From: Eudoraea sp.
GTDB lineage: Bacteria; Bacteroidota; Bacteroidia; Flavobacteriales; Flavobacteriaceae
Direction of reading: 5' to 3'
Assembly: GCA_024642325.1 (NCBI GenBank)
Contig: JAHEBI010000001.1
Coordinates: 1-34,408 of the forward strand
Length of the DNA stretch: 34,408 nt
Shown: positions 26,866 through 34,408 of the stretch, piece after piece
Layout: each line of letters opens with the position of its first letter
Position numbering within the stretch: position 1 is the first letter of the stretch
Notes under the pieces: generated by a model
Told to the model about the DNA's origin: nothing
The model's database searches: none
The model's input: only the letters and a program-made list of their open reading frames with translations
Position numbers and translations under genes: made by a program

Positions 26866-27921
26866 ATGAAATATGTTTCTAGTCGATATCTATATCTTTC
26901 ATTATTCACATTTTTGCTGATCTCCTGTAAATCTGTTGGTCCTAAATACATCCCGGCAGACCAGTTTAATTTTAATACCTCTATCAGCGAAGCCTCCAAT
27001 GAACAGTTATTAATGAATCTGATACGATTGCGATATAGCGAACCCCCTGTATTTTTAAAGGTAAGTTCCGTCATCAATCAATATACCCGTGCAGGAAATA
27101 TAAGTGGCCAGGCTGGAATAAACAACGCAATCCCAACAGGGGCAAATAGTGGAGTGGTAGGTGGCAATCTGGCCTGGTCCAATACGCCTACAATTACCTA
27201 TATTCCGGTAAGTGGCAGGGAGTTTTCAGCCAACTTGCTCGTGCCCATTCCACCGGCCTCTTTGCTAAATATGATCCAATCAGGCTGGCCCATAGACCTT
27301 GTGCTTCACTTGGCTACCTTTGCCATCAATGGGTTGCGGGATGATATTGCCAGGCCGTCTGCCAGAAGAGATGCTGATCCCGAATTTATTCAATTATTGG
27401 ATCTTTGGAAAATACTAACTTCAGCTGGTATTATTGGCACTGTGAAAGATGAGCGAACAAAGTTGATTTTCAGAAATGATTACCCTCCGGAATACAAAGA
27501 TGATGTAGCCCGTTTTAAAGCCATATTAAAACTAGACCCCAAGCTTTCAGAGTATTTTATATCTTATGGCTCCATACAAGGGTCTTCTGACGAAATTACG
27601 GCTTTGACCGGATCTATTTGGGAGATTATGCTCAACCTTGCCTGGCAATTCGACGTTCCCCCAGAGCATGTTGCTTCGGGCCGCACAGATATGACCTATC
27701 ATTCTAAGAACATGGAGTCCCGGCCCCCGCTTCAAATTTTATACTCAAAAGAAAAACCGGAAAGAGAATTTATCTCCGTGTATCAACATGAGTATTGGTT
27801 TTATATAGATCCTGATGACCGAAATACTAAAAGAAACTTTTCCTTTCTTCAATTGCTGCTGAATTTGGCGGAAAGCTCTTCAGATTCAAAAGCCCCTATA
27901 GTCACTGTACCTACTAATTAA
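26866..27921 (+). CDS. Uncharacterised lipoprotein
   Basis: LISC lipobox; conserved-looking blocks EQLLMNLIRLRY.EPP.FL.V, PTITY.P..G.EF, QSGWP.D and YWFYI..DD..TK..F.FL. Confidence 0.8.
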   Translation: MKYVSSRYLYLSLFTFLLISCKSVGPKYIPADQFNFNTSISEASNEQLLMNLIRLRYSEPPVFLKVSSVINQYTRAGNISGQAGINNAIPTGANSGVVGGNLAWSNTPTITYIPVSGREFSANLLVPIPPASLLNMIQSGWPIDLVLHLATFAINGLRDDIARPSARRDADPEFIQLLDLWKILTSAGIIGTVKDERTKLIFRNDYPPEYKDDVARFKAILKLDPKLSEYFISYGSIQGSSDEITALTGSIWEIMLNLAWQFDVPPEHVASGRTDMTYHSKNMESRPPLQILYSKEKPEREFISVYQHEYWFYIDPDDRNTKRNFSFLQLLLNLAESSSDSKAPIVTVPTN

Positions 27922-28030
27922 ACCAAAGCCTTATTCTAAATCGTAAGCACAAGGCCAATATGTATAACCTTCTTGGTAAGAAGTTCTCTTTTATTCGAAA
28001 TTTGTATGTGTTATTGGGTTGATCTATATT

Positions 28031-28675
28031 CTATTCCTCATAATGATATAAATCAGCCAGTTTATAGATCAGGAAATTAATTATTTTCTCTTCACTCTCG
28101 CCGTTTTGAAACATTCTATAGGCAGAACCGGCATACTCCTTTTTAAAAAATTCCAAATCATCTGAGCCGTATTCGTTAAATGCATTCCAGGATTTAAGAC
28201 CTTCCAGCATCTCCCTGTGCGCCATATATCTTTTCCTGGCAAGTTCCAGCTCGTTTCTGTACTCCTTATTGTTTTGATGGCCTATTTCACGCTTCCGGGA
28301 ATTTAAGCGAACATAATCCTCATGCAGACGGGTATCCGCTTTTTGTGCCTCCGCTATTATCCTAAAATACGCCCGGGAAATTAAGGAGCTGTATTTTTCC
28401 TGAAAGGATGCGTCCAGGATGGATTCCGAAAAATCAGCATCTTCACTTATTCTCGGATCCTTTGCGTTCGAAATATATTCTTCATTATCCGTGCTGGTTA
28501 AAAATTCATCTTTTTCCAATGATTTGTACCACGCTTCAGACTTTATGGTCTCTTTCCATATCTTCCTGTACTCCCGTTTGAAATTAGTCTGTGATGTTGC
28601 ACAACTCTCCATTAAAAAAATAGAAAGAAGGAATATAAAACCCCGGACATATATAAAGGCGCTGTCTGTTCTCAT
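28031..28675 (-). CDS. Hypothetical helical lipoprotein
   Basis: LMESC lipobox after a hydrophobic core; charged helical body; TAAATTTG -7-like element on the minus strand at 28743-28750. Confidence 0.75.
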   Translation of the reverse strand: MRTDSAFIYVRGFIFLLSIFLMESCATSQTNFKREYRKIWKETIKSEAWYKSLEKDEFLTSTDNEEYISNAKDPRISEDADFSESILDASFQEKYSSLISRAYFRIIAEAQKADTRLHEDYVRLNSRKREIGHQNNKEYRNELELARKRYMAHREMLEGLKSWNAFNEYGSDDLEFFKKEYAGSAYRMFQNGESEEKIINFLIYKLADLYHYEE

Positions 28676-29142
28676 TAAAGTGAAAATCCTGTTTCGCGCA
28701 ATAGCAGGCTTTAAAAATTAAATGATATAGAAAAGGGGAAGACAAATTTATAGCAATGTAAGAAACAATTATAGTCCCGAATGCCAAAATTAAGTCCTTA
28801 AGAAGGTATATAAAATCGATATAGTTCAAATTGCCCAAATAATATAAGATTTTACAGCAGCATCCCGGTATAGATTTGGTTCAGGGAGGCCAATAAAATC
28901 CTTATTCGGCCGGCCCGAAAAATATCGCTGCCCTCAATCTTAAATTAAAAGCAGATTAATTCAATGCTTTTTTTATTATAAAATAGAGATCTGTAGAAAT
29001 AATAAAACAACTTGCCGGGATACTCCTTTTTTATAATCCTCCGGGTCTATTATCAGGAATATGAGAAAGTAGCCCTGGCTTTCCTTCAGGATTCTGTAAC
29101 ATAAAGGCTCAAAGGTGTACCTATATACTAAATTGAAATAAG

Positions 29143-30696
29143 ATGCATAAAAATTATGTTACGCTGCTATTGGTGGTACTTTGTTTAAAGGTACACGCAC
29201 AGAGTACCCAAAAAAGTACCCTGATTAAAAATATCACCATTATCACAGCCAACGAAGAAAAGGTGATGCGTCAGGTCGGCTACGTCCTTATCAAGGATGC
29301 GAAAATAGCATATGTTGGAAAAGAAAAACCTGAAATATCAGGTGTTTATGATGAATTGGATGGAAAAGGAAAATTTGTGACACCAGGTTTAATTGATTCG
29401 CACGTGCATCTGGCAAATACAGCTGGATTTAACAGACAACTCCAAAAAGAACATCCTGAGTTGGTAGATGCCTATTTTGAACAATTACCCCGGAGTTATT
29501 TATACCATGGCTTTACCACCTTAATTGATGTCAATAATTACAATCCCAGGAGGATCAATACCATCAGTCAAAGTCCTCTCCACCCTGATATTTATACCTG
29601 TGGGAATCAGGTCCAGGTGATGAATGATTTTATGATGGAAATGGAAGAATACCCTGCTGATGTCCGTTATCAATTCCCGTTTTTATATGACAGGTACAAC
29701 CGGCAAATTGTTTTTCCCGACAGCATAGATCTTGCCAACCATACGCCCGAACGAATTATTTCCGGAATTAGGGATCAGGGTGGTATTGGCGTAAAATTGG
29801 CTTATGAAGATGAAGCATCCGGATTAATTGTAAGTTGGGCCAAACCTAGTATAGGTATCATAAAGGACTTGGTTTTAGAAGCTCAAAAATATTCTATACC
29901 TGTTCTTCTTCATGCCCCCTCATTAGAAGGACATGAGTTTGGACTAAAGACCGGGGTTCAAATCTTTGCACATGGCCTGTGGAATTGGAGTGCCGACCCC
30001 AAAGATTATGGCAACACGATGTTGACCGAAAAACACAAAAAAGTCTTGTCGCAAATTGCGCAAAAACAATCCGGCTATCAGCTTACTTTCAGGGCTATCA
30101 CCGGGGAAGAAGATTTGATAGAAAACAACTTTGGTGCCGATAAACATCTGGTAAACGTTTATCCGAAAGGCTATTTGAAGCTTCTTCAAACTGAAGAGGG
30201 TGATTGGGGCCGAAAAAAAATTCTTGGACGGTCTGAATTTCTGAAGAAAACAAATCCTCCATTTTATGATGCCATTAAGAGCGGACATGTTAATGATGAA
30301 GACATATGGCCGGCCCTTTATAAAATTTACAAAACAAGGTTAAATACGGTTGCTAAATTTTTGGCGGAGAATAATGCAAATTTCATTTTGGGCTCAGATA
30401 CCCCTGCAATGAATATGTTTACTAATCCTCCGGGGTACAACGGTTTCCTGGAAATGAAACATATGTATGAAGCAGGTATTCCCCTAACCTCCATTCTCAG
30501 GGCCGCTACTTACAACAATGCTAAAGCCTTTCACCTGGAAGAGGAGTACGGAAGCATAGCTAAAGGCAAAATAGCCAATTTACTCATCTTAAATTCAGAT
30601 CCTTTACTTGATGTGGGTGCGTATAATGATATTTACCTTGTAATACTTCGGGGAAAGATCATTGAAAGGACGATATTGTCAGCTTTGAAATATTGA
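29143..30696 (+). CDS. Secreted metal-dependent amidohydrolase
   Basis: Signal peptide; DGKGKFVTPGLIDSHVH, GVK, LHA, AHG, LGSD and AATYNNA..GSI..GKIANL. Confidence 0.92.
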   Translation: MHKNYVTLLLVVLCLKVHAQSTQKSTLIKNITIITANEEKVMRQVGYVLIKDAKIAYVGKEKPEISGVYDELDGKGKFVTPGLIDSHVHLANTAGFNRQLQKEHPELVDAYFEQLPRSYLYHGFTTLIDVNNYNPRRINTISQSPLHPDIYTCGNQVQVMNDFMMEMEEYPADVRYQFPFLYDRYNRQIVFPDSIDLANHTPERIISGIRDQGGIGVKLAYEDEASGLIVSWAKPSIGIIKDLVLEAQKYSIPVLLHAPSLEGHEFGLKTGVQIFAHGLWNWSADPKDYGNTMLTEKHKKVLSQIAQKQSGYQLTFRAITGEEDLIENNFGADKHLVNVYPKGYLKLLQTEEGDWGRKKILGRSEFLKKTNPPFYDAIKSGHVNDEDIWPALYKIYKTRLNTVAKFLAENNANFILGSDTPAMNMFTNPPGYNGFLEMKHMYEAGIPLTSILRAATYNNAKAFHLEEEYGSIAKGKIANLLILNSDPLLDVGAYNDIYLVILRGKIIERTILSALKY

Positions 30697-30727
30697 AACC
30701 CCAACATGGTAGTGGAAAAAATTGACC

Positions 30728-30771
30728 AGGCATATGCTATTATCCCTTTCCATATGCTTAAAGGTTTTTTT
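30728..30771 (+). terminator. Possible terminator of the amidohydrolase
   Basis: AGGCATATG/CATATGCTT stem followed closely by a T7 run; the loop is long. Confidence 0.35.
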
Positions 30772-30981
30772 AATGATCAAAAATTAAGGATTGAGGCCTG
30801 AACTGGGGAAATGTTTATTTAGCTTATTTCAGATGCTGGGGCGGTCGCTTATATCCGGGTCTTTATTTTTAGGGAACAAACAGATTTTATTATAGATTCG
30901 CAGAGTACATTTGGAGCAGAAAACAGCTCTGTAAAAATCACAGTTGTATTTCGGGCCCTTTATTGTGGTTAATAGTAGTAA

Positions 30982-32991
30982 ATGAGATTAAAAAAATTCA
31001 TCGCTGAGTGCCGGGATAAAGAGGTATTAAAAAACCTTTCTATCTATATTGTGTCGAGTTGGGTCCTCCTACAGGTAGTTGCCCTTTTTACTGAACCTCT
31101 GGGATTACCTGAAATTTCCCTTACGTATCTCCTCATTATCCTGCTGGCAGGATTTCCTTTATACATTTATTTGTTGTGGCGTTATATCCTGGCCGATAAA
31201 ATTGAAAAGAAACCTCTCCTGGATCAGGCGGGCAAACCTGTCCCCGGAAAATTTTCCAGGAGCCCCTTTCAAAAAATATATTTCTCTTTTTTAACCCTCA
31301 TTACCATTGTTGCCGTTGGAATTGTATTGGTAGTCATTGATAAGAAATTTGTTCATAAAACCTTCCTTCCTGATTTAAAGGCGGGCAACAAAATTGCCGT
31401 CCTGAAATTTGACAATAATACCGGGGACATTAAGTATGATATTGCAGGCAAAATGGCCGTGGACTGGATAATTCACGGGATAACCGAAAACAAAGTCGCA
31501 CAGGTGATTTCCCCGGAAATAATTGAGGATTATTCGACTGTGTTAAAGGCATCACTCGTTCCTTCGCTCAATACTGAAAAGAGCGTAGTTGTGACTGACT
31601 ATTTAAAACCTTCAAAGATTATTTCAGGAGAGTATTATCTGAATAAGAACCGCTTGTTATTTCAATGTTCCATTAAGGATGAAATCATGAATAAGACCTT
31701 GATTTCATTTAAACCTGTGGAGTGTGACCCGGATGCGCCTTTAGATTGCATAGAATCCCTGAAACAGAGGATTCTTGGCTATCTCATTACGGAAGATAAC
31801 AGGCTTTTAAATCTAGAGGAAAGCCCGCCCAATTATAACGCCTATCAATATTTGATTGAAGCTAAGGCTTTTCAGGATATCAATGATGCCGAGCATTTAA
31901 GATTACTGGATAAAGCCATTGCGGCGGACAGCACATTTTTTGAACCTCATACCTATAAGATCCTTTATTATTACAATTCTGACCAGTATAAAATAGCGGA
32001 CTCCTTACTACAAAGACTTGATACAAAAGTAGGCAACAATAAAAGGCAACGAAATCTGCTGGACGTTTATGAGGCCTTGTTCAATGGAAATAACAGAAAT
32101 GTTTACAGGTATCTTCTACAGGAGTATAATCTCACCCCCTTTGATTTGGAAACCAACGCCAGCATGATGACTATTGCGCTCCAGTTTGTGAATAAACCAA
32201 AGGAAATCGATTCTATTTTTAACGAAGTGAATATGGAGGCGATGAACCTTGAAAATTGTGCGTTTTGTGAAAACCGTTTCTATATTAAAGCGCTGGCAGA
32301 TATCGAATTAGAAAAGTATGACCAGGCAATTGATCTTTTGACGCCATTTGCAAAACAAAGTGATCATATTTCCCTTAAAAAAGTACTTCTAAAGGCACAT
32401 ATTAAATCAGGCAACAATGAAATGGTGGATACTCTTTTGGCAAATTTTGCCCTTACCACACAGGCAGATGAATGGATGGAAGTATCCCTTTTCGCTGCAA
32501 AAGAGTTTTTGGTTAAAGGAGATAAAACCAGTGCAAATTTAATCCTGGAAAAAATAATTAATACCATCTCTGTCTCTAACGCGGGTCATGAGCTTAAAGA
32601 GTTACAGTTACTGGCGGAAAGCCTGTTTTTCAATGAAAATTACCAGCTGGCTGAAAACGTTCTTGAGGAATTACTGCAGTTAGATCCTGGATTGATTACC
32701 TACTCAGGTTTATTAGCGGTGGTGTATCGAAAAAATGGAAAACTGAGCGAAGCCCAAAAGCAAATTGACGCCCTCGATCAAATGCGTGCAGATTACCAGT
32801 TTGGCAGTGTGGATTATGCTTTGGCCAGGTATTATACGGCCCTATCTGATGAAGAGCAGGCGCTCGGATATTTGTTAAAAGCCGTGGCGGCAGGGAAATG
32901 GTATAGCCCTGATTCCTTCCAAAATGATCCTTTTTTTACAGACTATCTGGATACAGACACTTTGCAAAGAATCATGAACTTTTGGGATTAA
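30982..32991 (+). CDS. Membrane protein with three N-terminal TM helices, a TolB_N-like domain and TPR repeats
   Basis: Y.VSSWVLLQV membrane motif; KIAVLKFDN.TGD..YD TolB_N-like start; AYQYL..A and LDKAIAADSTF helices; terminal YALARYY..AL.YL.KAV..G....FQNDPF. Confidence 0.8.
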   Translation: MRLKKFIAECRDKEVLKNLSIYIVSSWVLLQVVALFTEPLGLPEISLTYLLIILLAGFPLYIYLLWRYILADKIEKKPLLDQAGKPVPGKFSRSPFQKIYFSFLTLITIVAVGIVLVVIDKKFVHKTFLPDLKAGNKIAVLKFDNNTGDIKYDIAGKMAVDWIIHGITENKVAQVISPEIIEDYSTVLKASLVPSLNTEKSVVVTDYLKPSKIISGEYYLNKNRLLFQCSIKDEIMNKTLISFKPVECDPDAPLDCIESLKQRILGYLITEDNRLLNLEESPPNYNAYQYLIEAKAFQDINDAEHLRLLDKAIAADSTFFEPHTYKILYYYNSDQYKIADSLLQRLDTKVGNNKRQRNLLDVYEALFNGNNRNVYRYLLQEYNLTPFDLETNASMMTIALQFVNKPKEIDSIFNEVNMEAMNLENCAFCENRFYIKALADIELEKYDQAIDLLTPFAKQSDHISLKKVLLKAHIKSGNNEMVDTLLANFALTTQADEWMEVSLFAAKEFLVKGDKTSANLILEKIINTISVSNAGHELKELQLLAESLFFNENYQLAENVLEELLQLDPGLITYSGLLAVVYRKNGKLSEAQKQIDALDQMRADYQFGSVDYALARYYTALSDEEQALGYLLKAVAAGKWYSPDSFQNDPFFTDYLDTDTLQRIMNFWD

Positions 32992-33133
32992 AGAACTTTT
33001 TTAATGAAACTTTCCGCATACATTAATTTTTCAATCTGCATTAACAATATAGTTTGAAAACTCAAATTATACCATTCTTTTCTATGTGTTTTTCTATCCA
33101 CATAAATCTGATACCAACTAAATTTTCTGTCTT

Positions 33134-33277
33134 TTATTGGTGCTTTTTTGAGTCCGGCTTGTTTTTCTTTACAAGTTCGGCCCCCGACTCGGCTTTATCA
33201 ACTTTTGTTTTTAGCAAACTGACATAGTTGACGGCTCCCTCATCATCATCGCTGTTTTTGGATTGTGTAATTGCCAT
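33134..33277 (-). CDS. 47-aa small hydrophilic protein (not in ORF track)
   Basis: MAITQSKNSDDDEGAVNYVSLLKTKVDKAESGAELVKKNKPDSKKHQ*, preceded by the A-rich leader AAATATAAATCAA. Confidence 0.5.
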   Translation of the reverse strand: MAITQSKNSDDDEGAVNYVSLLKTKVDKAESGAELVKKNKPDSKKHQ

Positions 33278-33442
33278 TTGATTTATATTTTATTTTCCCC
33301 CCATTTCCTTTTCCAACAAAGAATTTTGAAAAATAATTCTTTATCGAATCTTCTAAAATTTACAAAGTCATCCATAAACTTTTCAAAACTGAAGCAGATT
33401 TAAAAGATTGGCAACTTTATAAATATTGAAGGAGCTTAATCC

Positions 33443-33471
33443 AAAAAAGACAGTCCTGAGGACTGCCTTTT
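33443..33471 (-). terminator. Intrinsic terminator of yegP
   Basis: Minus strand GGCAGTCC-TCA-GGACTGTC-TTTTTT, about 40 nt after the stop codon. Confidence 0.8.
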
Positions 33472-33509
33472 ATCTTTCTATGGACACCAGTATTTGGTGG
33501 CTAAATCTT

Positions 33510-33839
33510 TTAAGATTTGTCTTCAACAGTAGCCTTAGGTGCATTTGTTCTGACCGATGCAATCCCATTTTCCATAGCGGATTCAGAGGAATACATCTGA
33601 CTATCACCTATTACCTGCCCATTGGAGGCCTTTAAACTAAAATAAGGGCTTCCGTCTTTGGCGGTTTTCCTGTCGAACATTGAATCATCCTGTGAATTTT
33701 TCCTGACTGATTCGATGCCGTTGTCACATGCAGCTTTTGAGCTGTAGCCCTGACTACTTAAGATCACTTGTCCATTAGAGGCCAAAAGATTAAATCTCTG
33801 CTTCCCGGCTTTGTCTGTATTGATTACAAATTTTCCCAT
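33510..33839 (-). CDS. yegP: YegP / UPF0339 (tandem DUF1508) protein
   Basis: Two repeats of F.L.ASNGQVI..SQ.YSS..A..NGI.SVR.N. Confidence 0.92.
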   Translation of the reverse strand: MGKFVINTDKAGKQRFNLLASNGQVILSSQGYSSKAACDNGIESVRKNSQDDSMFDRKTAKDGSPYFSLKASNGQVIGDSQMYSSESAMENGIASVRTNAPKATVEDKS

Positions 33840-33998
33840 TATCTTATAATATTTTATATAAAATTAAGGAAATAAATTTAATTTCCATTTTACATTTTGT
33901 ATCCTCCCGGAATATTTTAAACTCTTTTTATGTAATTTTCCTTTAGACCGGAATTATTAGGTTTCATAATCCGGGCCAGTTCTCTTAAAACATACAAA

Positions 33999-34408
33999 AT
34001 GTGGAAAAACAGTAATGGGGAATCAAAATTTTTAAGAGGTAAGTCGAGTAGATTTGCGGAGTTTAAAAGTGTGCTATCCATACTTTTTGAATTTATTTAT
34101 GGTTTTAGGAATCTCCATTTTGTAGGATCTTGTATGACTGTTTTTGGTTCTGCCAGATTTGACGAAAACCACAAATATTACGAACAGGCCAGGGCTTTTG
34201 GCAGCCGAATAGCCCGGGAAGGCTTTACGACCATGACAGGTGGGGGCCCCGGCATAATGGAAGCGGCGAACAGAGGTGCCAAAGATGCTTCCGGTATGTC
34301 TGTTGGCTGTAATGTTGAACTGCCCATGGAACAAGACCCAAACCCTTATTTGGACCTGAATATTACTTTAAATCACTTTTATGTGAGGAAGGTGTTATTG
34401 CTAAAATA
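33999..34408 (+). CDS. LOG-family (TIGR00730-like) nucleotide phosphoribohydrolase, 3'-partial (not in ORF track)
   Basis: Manual translation MWKNSNGESKFL...TVFGSAR...TGGGPGIMEAANRGA...SVGCNVELPMEQDPNPY...FYVRKV, open to the end of the window. Confidence 0.92.
   Translation, partial: MWKNSNGESKFLRGKSSRFAEFKSVLSILFEFIYGFRNLHFVGSCMTVFGSARFDENHKYYEQARAFGSRIAREGFTTMTGGGPGIMEAANRGAKDASGMSVGCNVELPMEQDPNPYLDLNITLNHFYVRKVLLLK

Noticed and set aside
28584-28838. 84-aa minus-strand ORF with a hydrophobic stretch
   Set aside because: TTG start, overlaps the lipoprotein gene and spans its likely -7 element; the hydrophobicity reflects AT-rich DNA.
28860-29023. Imperfect inverted repeat (GCATCCCGGTA / TGCCGGGATAC) with an internal AAAAGCA/TGCTTTT hairpin, MITE-like
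   Set aside because: Only 9/11 match, no target-site duplication, no second copy, and CCGG words are frequent throughout the window.
378-32567. Many 60-116-aa ORFs antisense to or nested in long genes
   Set aside because: They are shadow frames of well-supported CDSs with no recognisable motifs.
33426-33635. 69-aa plus-strand ORF
   Set aside because: It is antisense to yegP and crosses its terminator.
34074-34334. 86-aa minus-strand ORF
   Set aside because: It is the antisense shadow of the LOG-family gene.
1-34408. CRISPR arrays, IS elements, integrases, prophage or defence genes, tRNA and rRNA
   Set aside because: No repeat-spacer periodicity or diagnostic motifs were seen; the repeats present are explained by paralogous genes.

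Overview
Chromosomal window of a Bacteroidota bacterium, probably Flavobacteriaceae (AT-rich leaders without Shine-Dalgarno sites, TTTG/TAnnTTTG promoters). From left to right: the tail of a sugar-catabolic operon (TIM-barrel isomerase, DUF1080); three tandem arylsulfate sulfotransferase (ASST)-like lipoproteins; a minus-strand MacAB-TolC-type exporter operon (TolC, adaptor, two ATPases, three ~800-aa permeases); a divergent NtrC-type regulator and histidine kinase; MltF; a PafA-type phosphatase, a putative outer-membrane beta-barrel and an uncharacterised lipoprotein; further lipoproteins; a secreted amidohydrolase; a membrane TolB_N/TPR protein; YegP; and a partial LOG-family gene. Main observations: (1) The ASST array arose by duplicating a cassette of ASST, a 44-aa membrane microprotein and a 63-aa coiled-coil/DxDxDG protein; decayed copies of both small genes are still readable between ASST2 and ASST3. 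(2) All three ASSTs have Pro where the AssT catalytic Arg is expected. (3) The 206-bp tolC-regulator spacer holds a complete sigma54 layout (-24/-12 box, IHF site, two enhancer sites) plus an overlapping housekeeping promoter, although the activator has GSFTDA instead of GAFTGA. (4) A candidate structured RNA and two small ORFs missing from the ORF track. No rRNA, tRNA, CRISPR array or transposase was seen. All family calls are from motif recognition, not database searches.
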